The notes under the pieces: model-generated
Told to the model about the DNA's origin: nothing
What the model saw: only the letters and a program-made list of their open reading frames with translations
Databases searched by the model: none
Part shown: positions 1-6,835 of the stretch, one piece after another
Layout: each line of letters starts with the position of its first letter
Position numbering within the stretch: the stretch's first letter is position 1
Made by a program: the position numbers and the translations under genes
Source: a virus
Lineage: Duplodnaviria > Caudoviricetes
Strand: one strand, 5' to 3'
DNA length: 35,429 nt
IMG/VR virus record: IMGVR_UViG_3300042299_000631
Span: 1 to 35,429 of that record

Positions 1-237
1 CGCCGGACGATCCGGGCGCGGATCCGTTCGCGATCGAGCTTGATTTGCTCGGCCCGCGAGAGCGTGCGATTGGGTCGCGGCGCCGCCGTGGGCGTGATCT
101 CTTCGCCCGAGGGCGGTGGACTCTCGCCAGTGAGCCAGCGGTGGAGCCAGCCGAGGGTCGCGGCCGGTTTGCGGTTGCGCAGGTCGCGAAACCGCGCGAC
201 CAGGTCGAGAGCGTCGGCCGGTGTGAGGTCGCGGCCT
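1..237. repeat. Terminal overlap copy 1 (matches 35193..35429)
   Basis: Direct comparison: mismatches at 33, 54, 83, 95, 106, 111; 112..237 identical. Confidence 0.95.
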
Positions 238-929
238 TGCGCCGATTCGATCGCCTGGGAGGTGCCGCAAGTGCTCATTCCCATTGATCTCAAAACACTC
301 GCCACCACAGGCCAGCCGGCCGCCGGTGTCTCGGTCGCCGGTGGTGGTGGTGAGAGCCTGGGAAGAATACTGGGTAGAGACCTGGGTGTCTCTTCTATGG
401 GGTGACGTGTGAGGTCAGGGGGGTGACGTGTAGCGTCAGGGGGGTGACCTATAGCGTCAGGGGGGTGACACAATGGGGCAGGCGGTGCCGGGGTTGCATC
501 CGCGAGGGTGGGCGCCGCGGTGACGCCGGTGGTTGATTGCGTGGCGGTTGTGGTTCCGCCGGTGTTGACTCTTTTGACTTCGGCCCAGTCGATGGCGTAG
601 CGGTTGGCCGATTGGCCGCCGGTTATGTAACGTTGCTGGGTGACGGTGAGGAGCCGAAACTCGGTCGCGGCGCGGTCGACGACGTCCCGCGCGGTGCGGG
701 GTGTGGTTTCGAGCTCGGCCGCGAGCTCGGCGTGGGTGAGCTGGACGCCGAGGCCGGAGCGGTCGCGGGCGAAGACGTGAAAAAGGAGCTCGCGGACGTG
801 GAGGTCGGTGGAGCCAGGGCGCCGCGTGGCCTGGATCCGGCGCCAGGCGGCGCGGAGCGTGGCGCGGTCGTCTTGGTCGCGGCCTTCGGCGTGTTCGACG
901 AGCGGCCGGTGTGGCGGTCGTCGGGTCAT
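1..929 (-). CDS. Lambda-O-like replication initiator, N-terminal part (about 341 aa in total, continues 35192..35096 across the junction)
   Basis: Not in the ORF track because it crosses the window end. ATG at 929 overlaps the exonuclease stop (ATGA). MTRRPPHRPLVEHAEG...; wHTH-like QLTHAELAAELETTPRTARDVVDRAATEFRLLTV followed by GGQSANRYAIDW; internal 21-bp repeats (HPPDAIG/HPPDATR/HPPDLTR) as in phage initiators. Confidence 0.75.
   Translation of the reverse strand, partial: MTRRPPHRPLVEHAEGRDQDDRATLRAAWRRIQATRRPGSTDLHVRELLFHVFARDRSGLGVQLTHAELAAELETTPRTARDVVDRAATEFRLLTVTQQRYITGGQSANRYAIDWAEVKRVNTGGTTTATQSTTGVTAAPTLADATPAPPAPLCHPPDAIGHPPDATRHPPDLTRHPIEETPRSLPSILPRLSPPPPATETPAAGWPVVASVLRSMGMSTCGTSQAIESAQGRDLTPADALDLVARFRDLRNRKPAATLGWLHRWLTGESPPPSGEEITPTAAPRPNRTLSRAEQIKLDRERIRARIVR
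358..469. promoter_or_regulatory. Putative replication origin: four 21-bp iterons plus three 12-bp-spaced CTGGG repeats
   Basis: GGGGTGAC at 399, 420, 441, 462 (period 21); GTCA-GGGGGG-TGAC at 414, 435, 456; CTGGG at 358, 370, 382 in a less GC-rich stretch; lies inside the initiator gene as in lambdoid origins. Confidence 0.75.
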
Positions 930-1732
930 GAGGCCCCCGCGAGTGGCGACAGGTGCGGCGAGTCGAGGGGGACGTCGCGGCGCAGGGTGAAGAGATCGCG
1001 GAGGAGCTGGACCCGGTCGCGGGCGTTGAAGAGCGCGGTCCGTTGCTTGGGGGTGATCCGTGCGGTGAACGGTGAAGCGTAAAAACGGGCGAGCGTTCCG
1101 CAGTCTTGGAGGACCTGGGCCGCGGTCTTGGGCCCGATGCCGCGGACGCCGGGGACGTGGTCGGAGGTGTCGCCGACCATGGCCCGGTAGTCGACCCAGG
1201 CGGCCGGCCCGATGCCGTAGCGTTGGCCGACGTCGGCCCAGGTGAGCCAGTCGAGGTCGAGGCCGTGGTCGTTGGGTGTCGCGCGACGCCGTCGGACGAT
1301 CCGGAGGAGCTGAGAGACTTGGCCCTCGCGGAGGAGCTGGTGGAGGTCGCGGTCGGCGGAGTAGATGACGGCGCGGGCGTCGGACTCGATGGCCTGGGCC
1401 GTGAGCGTGGCGATGAGGTCGTCGGCCTCGATGCCGTTGAGCCGGTGGTGTTCGATGCCGAGCGAGTCGCAGACGTCGATCGCGGCGGCGATGGCGTCGG
1501 CGATGCCGGGGAGCCGTTGGCGGCCGGCCTTGTACCCTTCGAAGAGATCGTGGCGCCAGGTGGGACCATGTCCGTCGAAACAACAGACGATGCGCGACGG
1601 GCGCCAGTGGTCGCGGATGAGTTGCAGGCGGCCGGCGAGGTGCCGCGGTGCGGCGTCGATGCCCATGGCGTGGGCGTCGCGGTAGAGGATGTTGGTGGCG
1701 TCGAGGAGCCACCACAGGGCGGGCGTGGTCAT
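926..1732 (-). CDS. 5'-3' exonuclease / flap endonuclease (PolI N-terminal, FEN family)
   Basis: Motifs LLDATNILYR, CCFDG, WRHDLFEGYKAGR, IEADDLIAT, SADRDLHQL, MVGDTSDHVPGVRGIGPKTA (H3TH); no polymerase domain. Confidence 0.92.
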   Translation of the reverse strand: MTTPALWWLLDATNILYRDAHAMGIDAAPRHLAGRLQLIRDHWRPSRIVCCFDGHGPTWRHDLFEGYKAGRQRLPGIADAIAAAIDVCDSLGIEHHRLNGIEADDLIATLTAQAIESDARAVIYSADRDLHQLLREGQVSQLLRIVRRRRATPNDHGLDLDWLTWADVGQRYGIGPAAWVDYRAMVGDTSDHVPGVRGIGPKTAAQVLQDCGTLARFYASPFTARITPKQRTALFNARDRVQLLRDLFTLRRDVPLDSPHLSPLAGAS

Positions 1733-2109
1733 GGTGTGGCCTGGGTGGTGGGTGGTGCGGGTGTTTGGAGCGTGGCGTTGATGCGGGCGCGGGTTTGCGA
1801 GCGGCGGATTTCGTCGAGGAGTCGACCGAGGATCCGCCGGGCCTCGGCCGCGTGTTCGAGCCGGTCGTCGCCCGTGGGGATGAATGCGCGAGCTTGGGCG
1901 ACCAGGTTAAAGAGGCCGGCGTAGGGGTCGCCGTGCGCGAATGGGCAAGGGTCCTTAGCGAAGAGCTCGTCGCGGAGGATCCGGACCGACGGAGGAGACG
2001 CGAAGGCGACGACGGCGCCGGGGCCCTTTTGACGTACGAGGCAGACCTTGGTGTCCGGCCCGAGGTGGACGGTTTCGTTGGGCTTTATATCGAGGGCGAG
2101 CCATCCCAT
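1729..2109 (-). CDS. CsrA/RsmA-like protein with C-terminal extension
   Basis: First ~50 aa WLALDIKPNETVHLGPDTKVCLV...AVVAFASPPSVRILRDEL follow the CsrA pattern (LxLxxKxxExIxIGxD...APxxVxIxRxE); AAAGGA upstream of ATG. Confidence 0.65.
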   Translation of the reverse strand: MGWLALDIKPNETVHLGPDTKVCLVRQKGPGAVVAFASPPSVRILRDELFAKDPCPFAHGDPYAGLFNLVAQARAFIPTGDDRLEHAAEARRILGRLLDEIRRSQTRARINATLQTPAPPTTQATP

Positions 2110-2125
2110 GGGGGAGTCCTTTCGG

Positions 2126-2524
2126 TTAGTTGGTGGGGGTGGTTGGGGTCGAGGTGGTGGGGGCGAATTGGGGGCAGTAGCAGACGACGCAGGGGCGGCC
2201 GGCGCCTTTGAATTGGCGGGTCGGTCCGGGGCGGCGGATGAGACCGCGCGCGGCGAGCTCGGTGAGCCGGCCCGAAACTTCGTGCGGCGATTTGTTGAGC
2301 CGGTCGGCGATCTCTTTGAGCGTCGCGCCGTTGCGGCCGGCGCGGTAGACGATGTCGAGGACCCGGGCCCGGTCCGCCGGGTGGTGCGGGAGCGTAAGCG
2401 CGTGCGTGGCGTCGCGGTTGGCGGTTGCCATGTCGATCGACGGAGGGAGCGCGCGCGGCGCGGGTGGTGGTGGTTGGTCGAAGAGCGTGGGCTGCTGGCG
2501 GTAGCGTTGGTCGGGTCGGGTCAT
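2126..2524 (-). CDS. Winged helix-turn-helix DNA-binding protein
   Basis: Start moved to ATG 2524 (ATGA overlap). RVLDIVYRAGRNGATLKEIADRLNKSPHEVSGRLTELAARGLI is a MarR/wHTH-type motif. Confidence 0.8.
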   Translation of the reverse strand: MTRPDQRYRQQPTLFDQPPPPAPRALPPSIDMATANRDATHALTLPHHPADRARVLDIVYRAGRNGATLKEIADRLNKSPHEVSGRLTELAARGLIRRPGPTRQFKGAGRPCVVCYCPQFAPTTSTPTTPTN

Positions 2525-2883
2525 GGTTTGCCCCCTTCGGTGATGGTTTGGTCGGTGGTGGTGAGGTTGTGGATGGCGACGGTCCGCCAGCGTTCGGTTT
2601 GTGTGTGGAGCCGTTGGGTGACCGTCTTGACGATCGCCGGCGGCGTCGAGGCGATGAGGTCGTCGGGAATTGCTTCGAGCGTTTGAATGACTGCGGTGAG
2701 GCATGAAGCGATGCTGCGATTGATGGCCCGTTTTTCGTGCTCTCGTCTTTCCGGCGTCGCTTCGGAAATGGTGTCGTGTAGGTTTGCGGCGAGTTGGAGG
2801 AAGTGGGAGGCGAGGTCGTCGGTTGTGATCTCGACCGAGGCGGTTAGTTCTTGCACGTCACTGAGAGAGATTTCGAGCTTCAT
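2521..2883 (-). CDS. Hypothetical protein (120 aa)
   Basis: MKLEISLSDVQELTASVEIT...; stop overlaps next start; C/A-rich leader like other genes here. Confidence 0.7.
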   Translation of the reverse strand: MKLEISLSDVQELTASVEITTDDLASHFLQLAANLHDTISEATPERREHEKRAINRSIASCLTAVIQTLEAIPDDLIASTPPAIVKTVTQRLHTQTERWRTVAIHNLTTTDQTITEGGKP

Positions 2884-3189
2884 TTGGTGTTGGTTTGTGG
2901 TTGGTCGTGGGTTAGAGTTGGTGCCCCAGTGGTTGCCCCAGGGGCTTCGATTCGTCGGCGTTTTTGAGGTTCGCCCAGTCCCGAGGGGACTGGGCATAAC
3001 GGCGTTTTTGCGTTGTGGTGCGCGGCGAAACTTGCGGCCAGGGTGGCCGGTGTTGTCTTGGCGTCCGGGCGCGAGTCGAGCGGCGGCGCGGGCGATTTGG
3101 TTTCGCGCGTCCGGTCGTCGATCGTTGCCCGGGGCGGAAAGTGCTAGCTTCTCGCCGGCCGCCGGTGTTATTGAGTGCGGTGGGTTAGG

Positions 3190-3399
3190 TCATGGTCGCG
3201 CCTCGGGTTCGGGTTCGGGTGCAGGTGTGGGGAAGTCGCGCAGGTGGTCCTCGACCTCGCGGAGCCAGATGGCCGTTTGCCGGTCGTTAGGGTTCTTGGC
3301 GATCGCCTCGGCCATCGTGCGACGGAGGAACAGAACAAAGGCGCGGTCGGCGCGGGCGAAGTTGGCGACGTGTGAGGCGGTGCGTTCGGCGGTGGTCAT
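3190..3399 (-). CDS. Hypothetical protein (69 aa)
   Basis: MTTAERTASHVANFARADRAF...; codon style and operon position. Confidence 0.7.
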   Translation of the reverse strand: MTTAERTASHVANFARADRAFVLFLRRTMAEAIAKNPNDRQTAIWLREVEDHLRDFPTPAPEPEPEARP

Positions 3400-3414
3400 G
3401 GTTGGGCCTTGTGA

Positions 3415-3741
3415 TCAGGAGAGCGTTGGGTCGTATTGAGGACCGAAACCAGGGGAGGAGATGTCGCCGATCGGTTGGCGGATCGATTCGGCCGGCGGGT
3501 CCGCGATGGGCTCGCCGTCGCTCGGTTGACTCCATGCGCCGCGGTCGCGGAGTGCTTGTTGCCATGCGCCGCGAATTTGGTCGGAGCAATGCGCGACGGC
3601 GTCGGCCCAGGTCGGCCAGCGGCCGCGGAGACCGTAAAACCGATAAAGGTAGTAAAGGCTTAGCGCGTTGTGAGGATCGGCGGCCGCGTGTTTGGTCGCA
3701 CAGATTGGGCAAGTGTCGGGTGGTGGCGGTAAAAACAGCAT
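3415..3741 (-). CDS. Hypothetical protein with CxxC/His metal-binding motif
   Basis: Start moved to MLFLPPPPDTCPICATKHAAADPHNALSLYY...RWPTWADAVAHC. Confidence 0.75.
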   Translation of the reverse strand: MLFLPPPPDTCPICATKHAAADPHNALSLYYLYRFYGLRGRWPTWADAVAHCSDQIRGAWQQALRDRGAWSQPSDGEPIADPPAESIRQPIGDISSPGFGPQYDPTLS

Positions 3742-3781
3742 TTCGGAGCCCCTCGGGTGGTTGGTGTTGGATGGTGTTGGA

Positions 3782-4360
3782 CTACCAGCGATAGACGCGG
3801 CCGTTGGCGGCGGTGTAGGCGTCGCAGGAGTGCCAGAGAACGGCGCGTATTTGTTTGGCGAGCTCTTCGGCCGTGGCCTGGTCGATGTCTTCGGGGGTGG
3901 CTTGGACAAAGGTGGGCCGATGACGCGCCGGCGCAGCGAATGCGTTAAGCGCGTCGCGTAGCGTGGGAGCTACGACCAGGATGTTTTTTTCCTCGATCAT
4001 GAGGAGGTCGATGGTGGCGCGTTCACCTTTTTCGGTATTCGTGCGGGTGAAGTGTTCGAGCTCGGCGCGTAGGCCGATCCAGCGGACGGCCCAGGCGATC
4101 GCGCGTTCCATGCGGTTCGATTTCCAGGAGGCTACGCGCGAGGGGACTTTGACTTGTGTGATTTCGTCGCCGTCGGTGAGCGTTGCCACCCAACCGTCGC
4201 CGCTTGGGTCGATTTCCAAACGGTGGAGCCGGATCGGTGAGATCGGTTCGGTGATCACCTTGGCGGATGGGGCGGATGTCTCGGTCGATGGGGCGGTCGA
4301 TGTCTCGGTCGATGGGGCGGTCGATGGGGCGGTGGCGGTGGTCTCGGTGTCTTCGGCCAT
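3782..4360 (-). CDS. Hypothetical protein (192 aa) with N-terminal TAPS/TETS repeats
   Basis: ATG at 4360 two nt after the recombinase stop; the longer 524-aa ORF-track version is a shadow extension; 12/24-bp tandem repeats near 4266..4330. Confidence 0.7.
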   Translation of the reverse strand: MAEDTETTATAPSTAPSTETSTAPSTETSAPSAKVITEPISPIRLHRLEIDPSGDGWVATLTDGDEITQVKVPSRVASWKSNRMERAIAWAVRWIGLRAELEHFTRTNTEKGERATIDLLMIEEKNILVVAPTLRDALNAFAAPARHRPTFVQATPEDIDQATAEELAKQIRAVLWHSCDAYTAANGRVYRW

Positions 4361-4362
4361 GG

Positions 4363-5499
4363 TTATCCCTTTGGGTTGAGGTTGGTGGTCGGTTCGGATG
4401 CGGCCCGGGCGAACGTCTCGTCCCGGGTGAGTGCGTAGTGCTTCATAGCGACGGCCTCGGAGTTGCCGATCCACAGGAGGACGTCTTTGGTCGGGTAGCG
4501 TTCGAGGAGCTCGGACTCTCGCGACGCGCGGAGGTTGTGCCACAGTCGCGGCCAGGGGTCGGTGCCGGTGGCGCGGGCGAGGTCGGTGATCGATCGGGTG
4601 AGGATGCGCCGGTCCGGGAATGTGTCGCCGACGGGCGCGAGGTCGTCGGCGAAGCGGCGCCAGTGTTCGACAACTCCGTCGACCTCGGGGAAGAGGGGGA
4701 CCGTGCGCGTCGTGTCGCGTTTGGTGTCGCGGACGAGAAAAGAGCGGGCCGACCAGTCGACGTCGGAGACGCGAAACCGGAGGACCTCGCCGATCCGCAG
4801 GCCGCCGTAGCGGGCGAGGACCAGCGCGCAGGCCGAAGGCCAGCGGCGCGACCTGATCGCGTGGTCGATCATGCGGTTGACCGGGCCGGGCTCGACGAAG
4901 ACGCGCGCCGATGCCGCGCGGTAGGTGATCGCGAGACCGGTGGCGGGGTTGGCGTCGATGAGCTTCTCGGCGAGGAGCCACCGGAATAACTGCCGAGCGA
5001 TGCGGCCGCGTTTGGCGAGCGTGTTGGCCGATCCGGTGAGCGTGTGAAACCAGTCGCCGACGAGCTCGGCGGTGAGGTGTGCGACCTCGATGTGCGGCCC
5101 GAAGTGCGCGACCAGTTGGTGGCCGGTGCGTTCGAGGTCTTCGAGCCGTCCAGCGGAGACGCGGCCGGCCTGGGTGTGGAGCCAGGCGTCGACCGATGGC
5201 CCGAGCGTGCGACGGTCGTCGATGAGCCCGCACTCGGCCAGAGCGGCCCGAAGCGCGGCCGGAGCGTCGCGCTGGATCCATCGCGCGGTCGCGAGCTCGA
5301 CCGGGCGCGCCATCTTCGCGGCGTGAATGAGCCGGTCGACGTGGATTCGGGCCCATTGCGCGCGGTCTTCATTCCAGCCGGTAAGCCGGACTTTGTAGCG
5401 CTTGCAGTTGGCCGGCCGACGAGCGCCCGAGGATCCGCGCGGGCGCGGATATGAGAAAGTAAGGTAGGGGCCGGTCTTGTCGGTGCTGAGTGAGGCCAT
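4363..5499 (-). CDS. Tyrosine recombinase B (378 aa) in the early operon
   Basis: ARYGGLRIGE (Arg), DTKR (Lys), WHNLRASRESEL (HxLR), WIGNS (Asn at the usual His/Trp), MKHY (Tyr); SAM-like core domain ending LIDANPA; ~100-aa N-terminal domain. Confidence 0.9.
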   Translation of the reverse strand: MASLSTDKTGPYLTFSYPRPRGSSGARRPANCKRYKVRLTGWNEDRAQWARIHVDRLIHAAKMARPVELATARWIQRDAPAALRAALAECGLIDDRRTLGPSVDAWLHTQAGRVSAGRLEDLERTGHQLVAHFGPHIEVAHLTAELVGDWFHTLTGSANTLAKRGRIARQLFRWLLAEKLIDANPATGLAITYRAASARVFVEPGPVNRMIDHAIRSRRWPSACALVLARYGGLRIGEVLRFRVSDVDWSARSFLVRDTKRDTTRTVPLFPEVDGVVEHWRRFADDLAPVGDTFPDRRILTRSITDLARATGTDPWPRLWHNLRASRESELLERYPTKDVLLWIGNSEAVAMKHYALTRDETFARAASEPTTNLNPKG

Positions 5500-5518
5500 G
5501 GTCGTCCGTGCTGGCGTG

Positions 5519-5911
5519 TTACGGTGTGGGGGACCATTGAATGAGGACGCCGGTGAAGGTGCCGGCGCCGTGAGTGTTGCCGAACCAGTCGGCCATGTCC
5601 TCGACAGTGTCGAAACCGTCGGCCCAGGCGACGTCGGATTCGTCGACGGGGTGGCCGTTCATGCGGATGCCCTCGATCGAATGGGCGCCGGTCTTGGGGT
5701 CGCGTGTGATGTCGATCTCGATCTTTGATACGAGGGTGCAAACGGGGTCAGGGTCGACGAGCTTTCGGCAGAGCTTGGAGCGCTGCGCGACATAGAGCTG
5801 GACCCGTTCACCCGATCGAGCGTGTCGCGCGCGCATGGCGCGGATGGTTTGGCATTTGGTGCCGGCCTCGACGGCCTCGGCGAATCGTGCGGCGAAGGAG
5901 TAGGCGACCAT
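5519..5911 (-). CDS. ASCH/PUA-domain protein
   Basis: YSFAARFAEAVEAGTKCQTIR (GxKxxTIR), later AWADGF...DMADWF. Confidence 0.8.
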   Translation of the reverse strand: MVAYSFAARFAEAVEAGTKCQTIRAMRARHARSGERVQLYVAQRSKLCRKLVDPDPVCTLVSKIEIDITRDPKTGAHSIEGIRMNGHPVDESDVAWADGFDTVEDMADWFGNTHGAGTFTGVLIQWSPTP

Positions 5912-5914
5912 GGT

Positions 5915-6358
5915 TCAGTTCTCGGAGGGCTTGAGGTCGAGGACGGAGAACGAGGGCTCGCGAGCTTCGAGGCGTGCGATGCGTCGGCGCAGTTCGGCGT
6001 GTTCCTCCGCTAGTTGGTTTAAGCGTGCGACGGTCGCGAAGGTGTGCGGCCGGATGACTTTGGTGAGATACTCTTCGAGTCCGTTTGTTCGGGCTTGCAA
6101 TCGGTCGAGGTCCTCGCGAGCTTCGCGGAGGACGTCCAAAAGGGCGTCGAGATTGGACTGGATGCCGGAGATCGCCTCGCCGTGGAGCGGGAGCATTGTT
6201 GAAAAGGGGCGGGCGTTGATCTTGTCGCCATCGAGACCCGCGGCGAGGTGGTTGAGCCGAGCCAGATCGGCGACGAGCTGGTCGACCCGTTCGTCCGTCG
6301 ACGGTAGAGCCGGCGACGTGATCCCGCAGAGGCGGCGGATCCATTTCATGAAGGCCAT
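5915..6358 (-). CDS. Coiled-coil hypothetical protein, first early gene
   Basis: Heptad-rich sequence; GGGGGA upstream of ATG; first gene after the operator-containing promoter. Confidence 0.7.
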   Translation of the reverse strand: MAFMKWIRRLCGITSPALPSTDERVDQLVADLARLNHLAAGLDGDKINARPFSTMLPLHGEAISGIQSNLDALLDVLREAREDLDRLQARTNGLEEYLTKVIRPHTFATVARLNQLAEEHAELRRRIARLEAREPSFSVLDLKPSEN

Positions 6359-6382
6359 CGTGTCCCCCGAGTCCGTTTGTGG

Positions 6383-6427
6383 AAACGAAACCCGGCCGGC
6401 CCGATCGCAGAGATCAGACCGGCCGGG
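6383..6427 (-). terminator. Intrinsic terminator/attenuator in the early leader
   Basis: Minus strand CCCGGCCGGTCTGATC-TCTGC-GATCGGGCCGGCCGGG-TTTCGTTT (16-bp stem with two G-U pairs). Confidence 0.7.
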
Positions 6428-6508
6428 AAGGTCCGGGGGGCGCCGGATATGGTCGCGATTTGCTGAGGTCGCCCCCGACCTTGGCGCGTTTGCTACGCGT
6501 TGGGGGCG

Positions 6509-6578
6509 ATTGTGACGAGATCGTCACAGTCGGACAAGAGGGGGTGAGACGTTTTCGTCACGTTTTTTTTTCGTGACG
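6509..6578 (-). promoter_or_regulatory. Early promoter with repressor operators
   Basis: TTGTCC(6537..6532)-N17-CACAAT(6514..6509); palindrome TGTGACGA-GA-TCGTCACA at 6511..6528 overlapping the spacer and -10; GAGACG-TTTT-CGTCAC at 6546..6561; GTGACG half-site at 6573; A-tract upstream. Confidence 0.75.
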
Positions 6579-6586
6579 CGGACCCG

Positions 6587-6826
6587 TTATTTGTCTAGCG
6601 AGAATGCGATCCGGTAGCCGATCGCCTTGGCGATCCGTGCGATCATTTCGAATTGGGGGGCGTGCGGGTAGGTGCCGGACAACAGGCGCGAGACCTTCTC
6701 GCGTGGGACTCCGGCGCGGGCGGCGATGGCGGTAACGGACTCGCCGGTCCGTTCGCGGTGGTCAGCGACCAGGCGGACGAGTTGTTCGAGTTCGTCGGAC
6801 GATACGATGGTGGGCATTGGAAGCAT
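6587..6826 (-). CDS. XRE-family HTH repressor (79 aa, no peptidase domain)
   Basis: ESVTAIAARAGVPREKVSRLLSG...PQFEMIARIAKAIG; adjacent to operators; TAACCT 6 nt before the ATG suggests a leaderless mRNA. Confidence 0.85.
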   Translation of the reverse strand: MLPMPTIVSSDELEQLVRLVADHRERTGESVTAIAARAGVPREKVSRLLSGTYPHAPQFEMIARIAKAIGYRIAFSLDK

Positions 6827-6835
6827 ATTCCCAGG

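Noticed and set aside
399-469. CRISPR-like or mini-array
   Set aside because: Units are tandem 21-mers with no unique spacers of CRISPR length, lie inside an ORF, and no cas genes are present.
926-1732. DNA polymerase I gene or pseudogene
   Set aside because: Only the 5'-3' nuclease domain is present, with clean coupled start and stop; stand-alone FEN genes are common in phages.
2966-2996. Second degenerate tRNA 3' end (GAGGTTCG...GGGCA)
   Set aside because: Cannot be folded into a T-arm with a 7-nt loop; better explained by the 10-bp inverted repeat.
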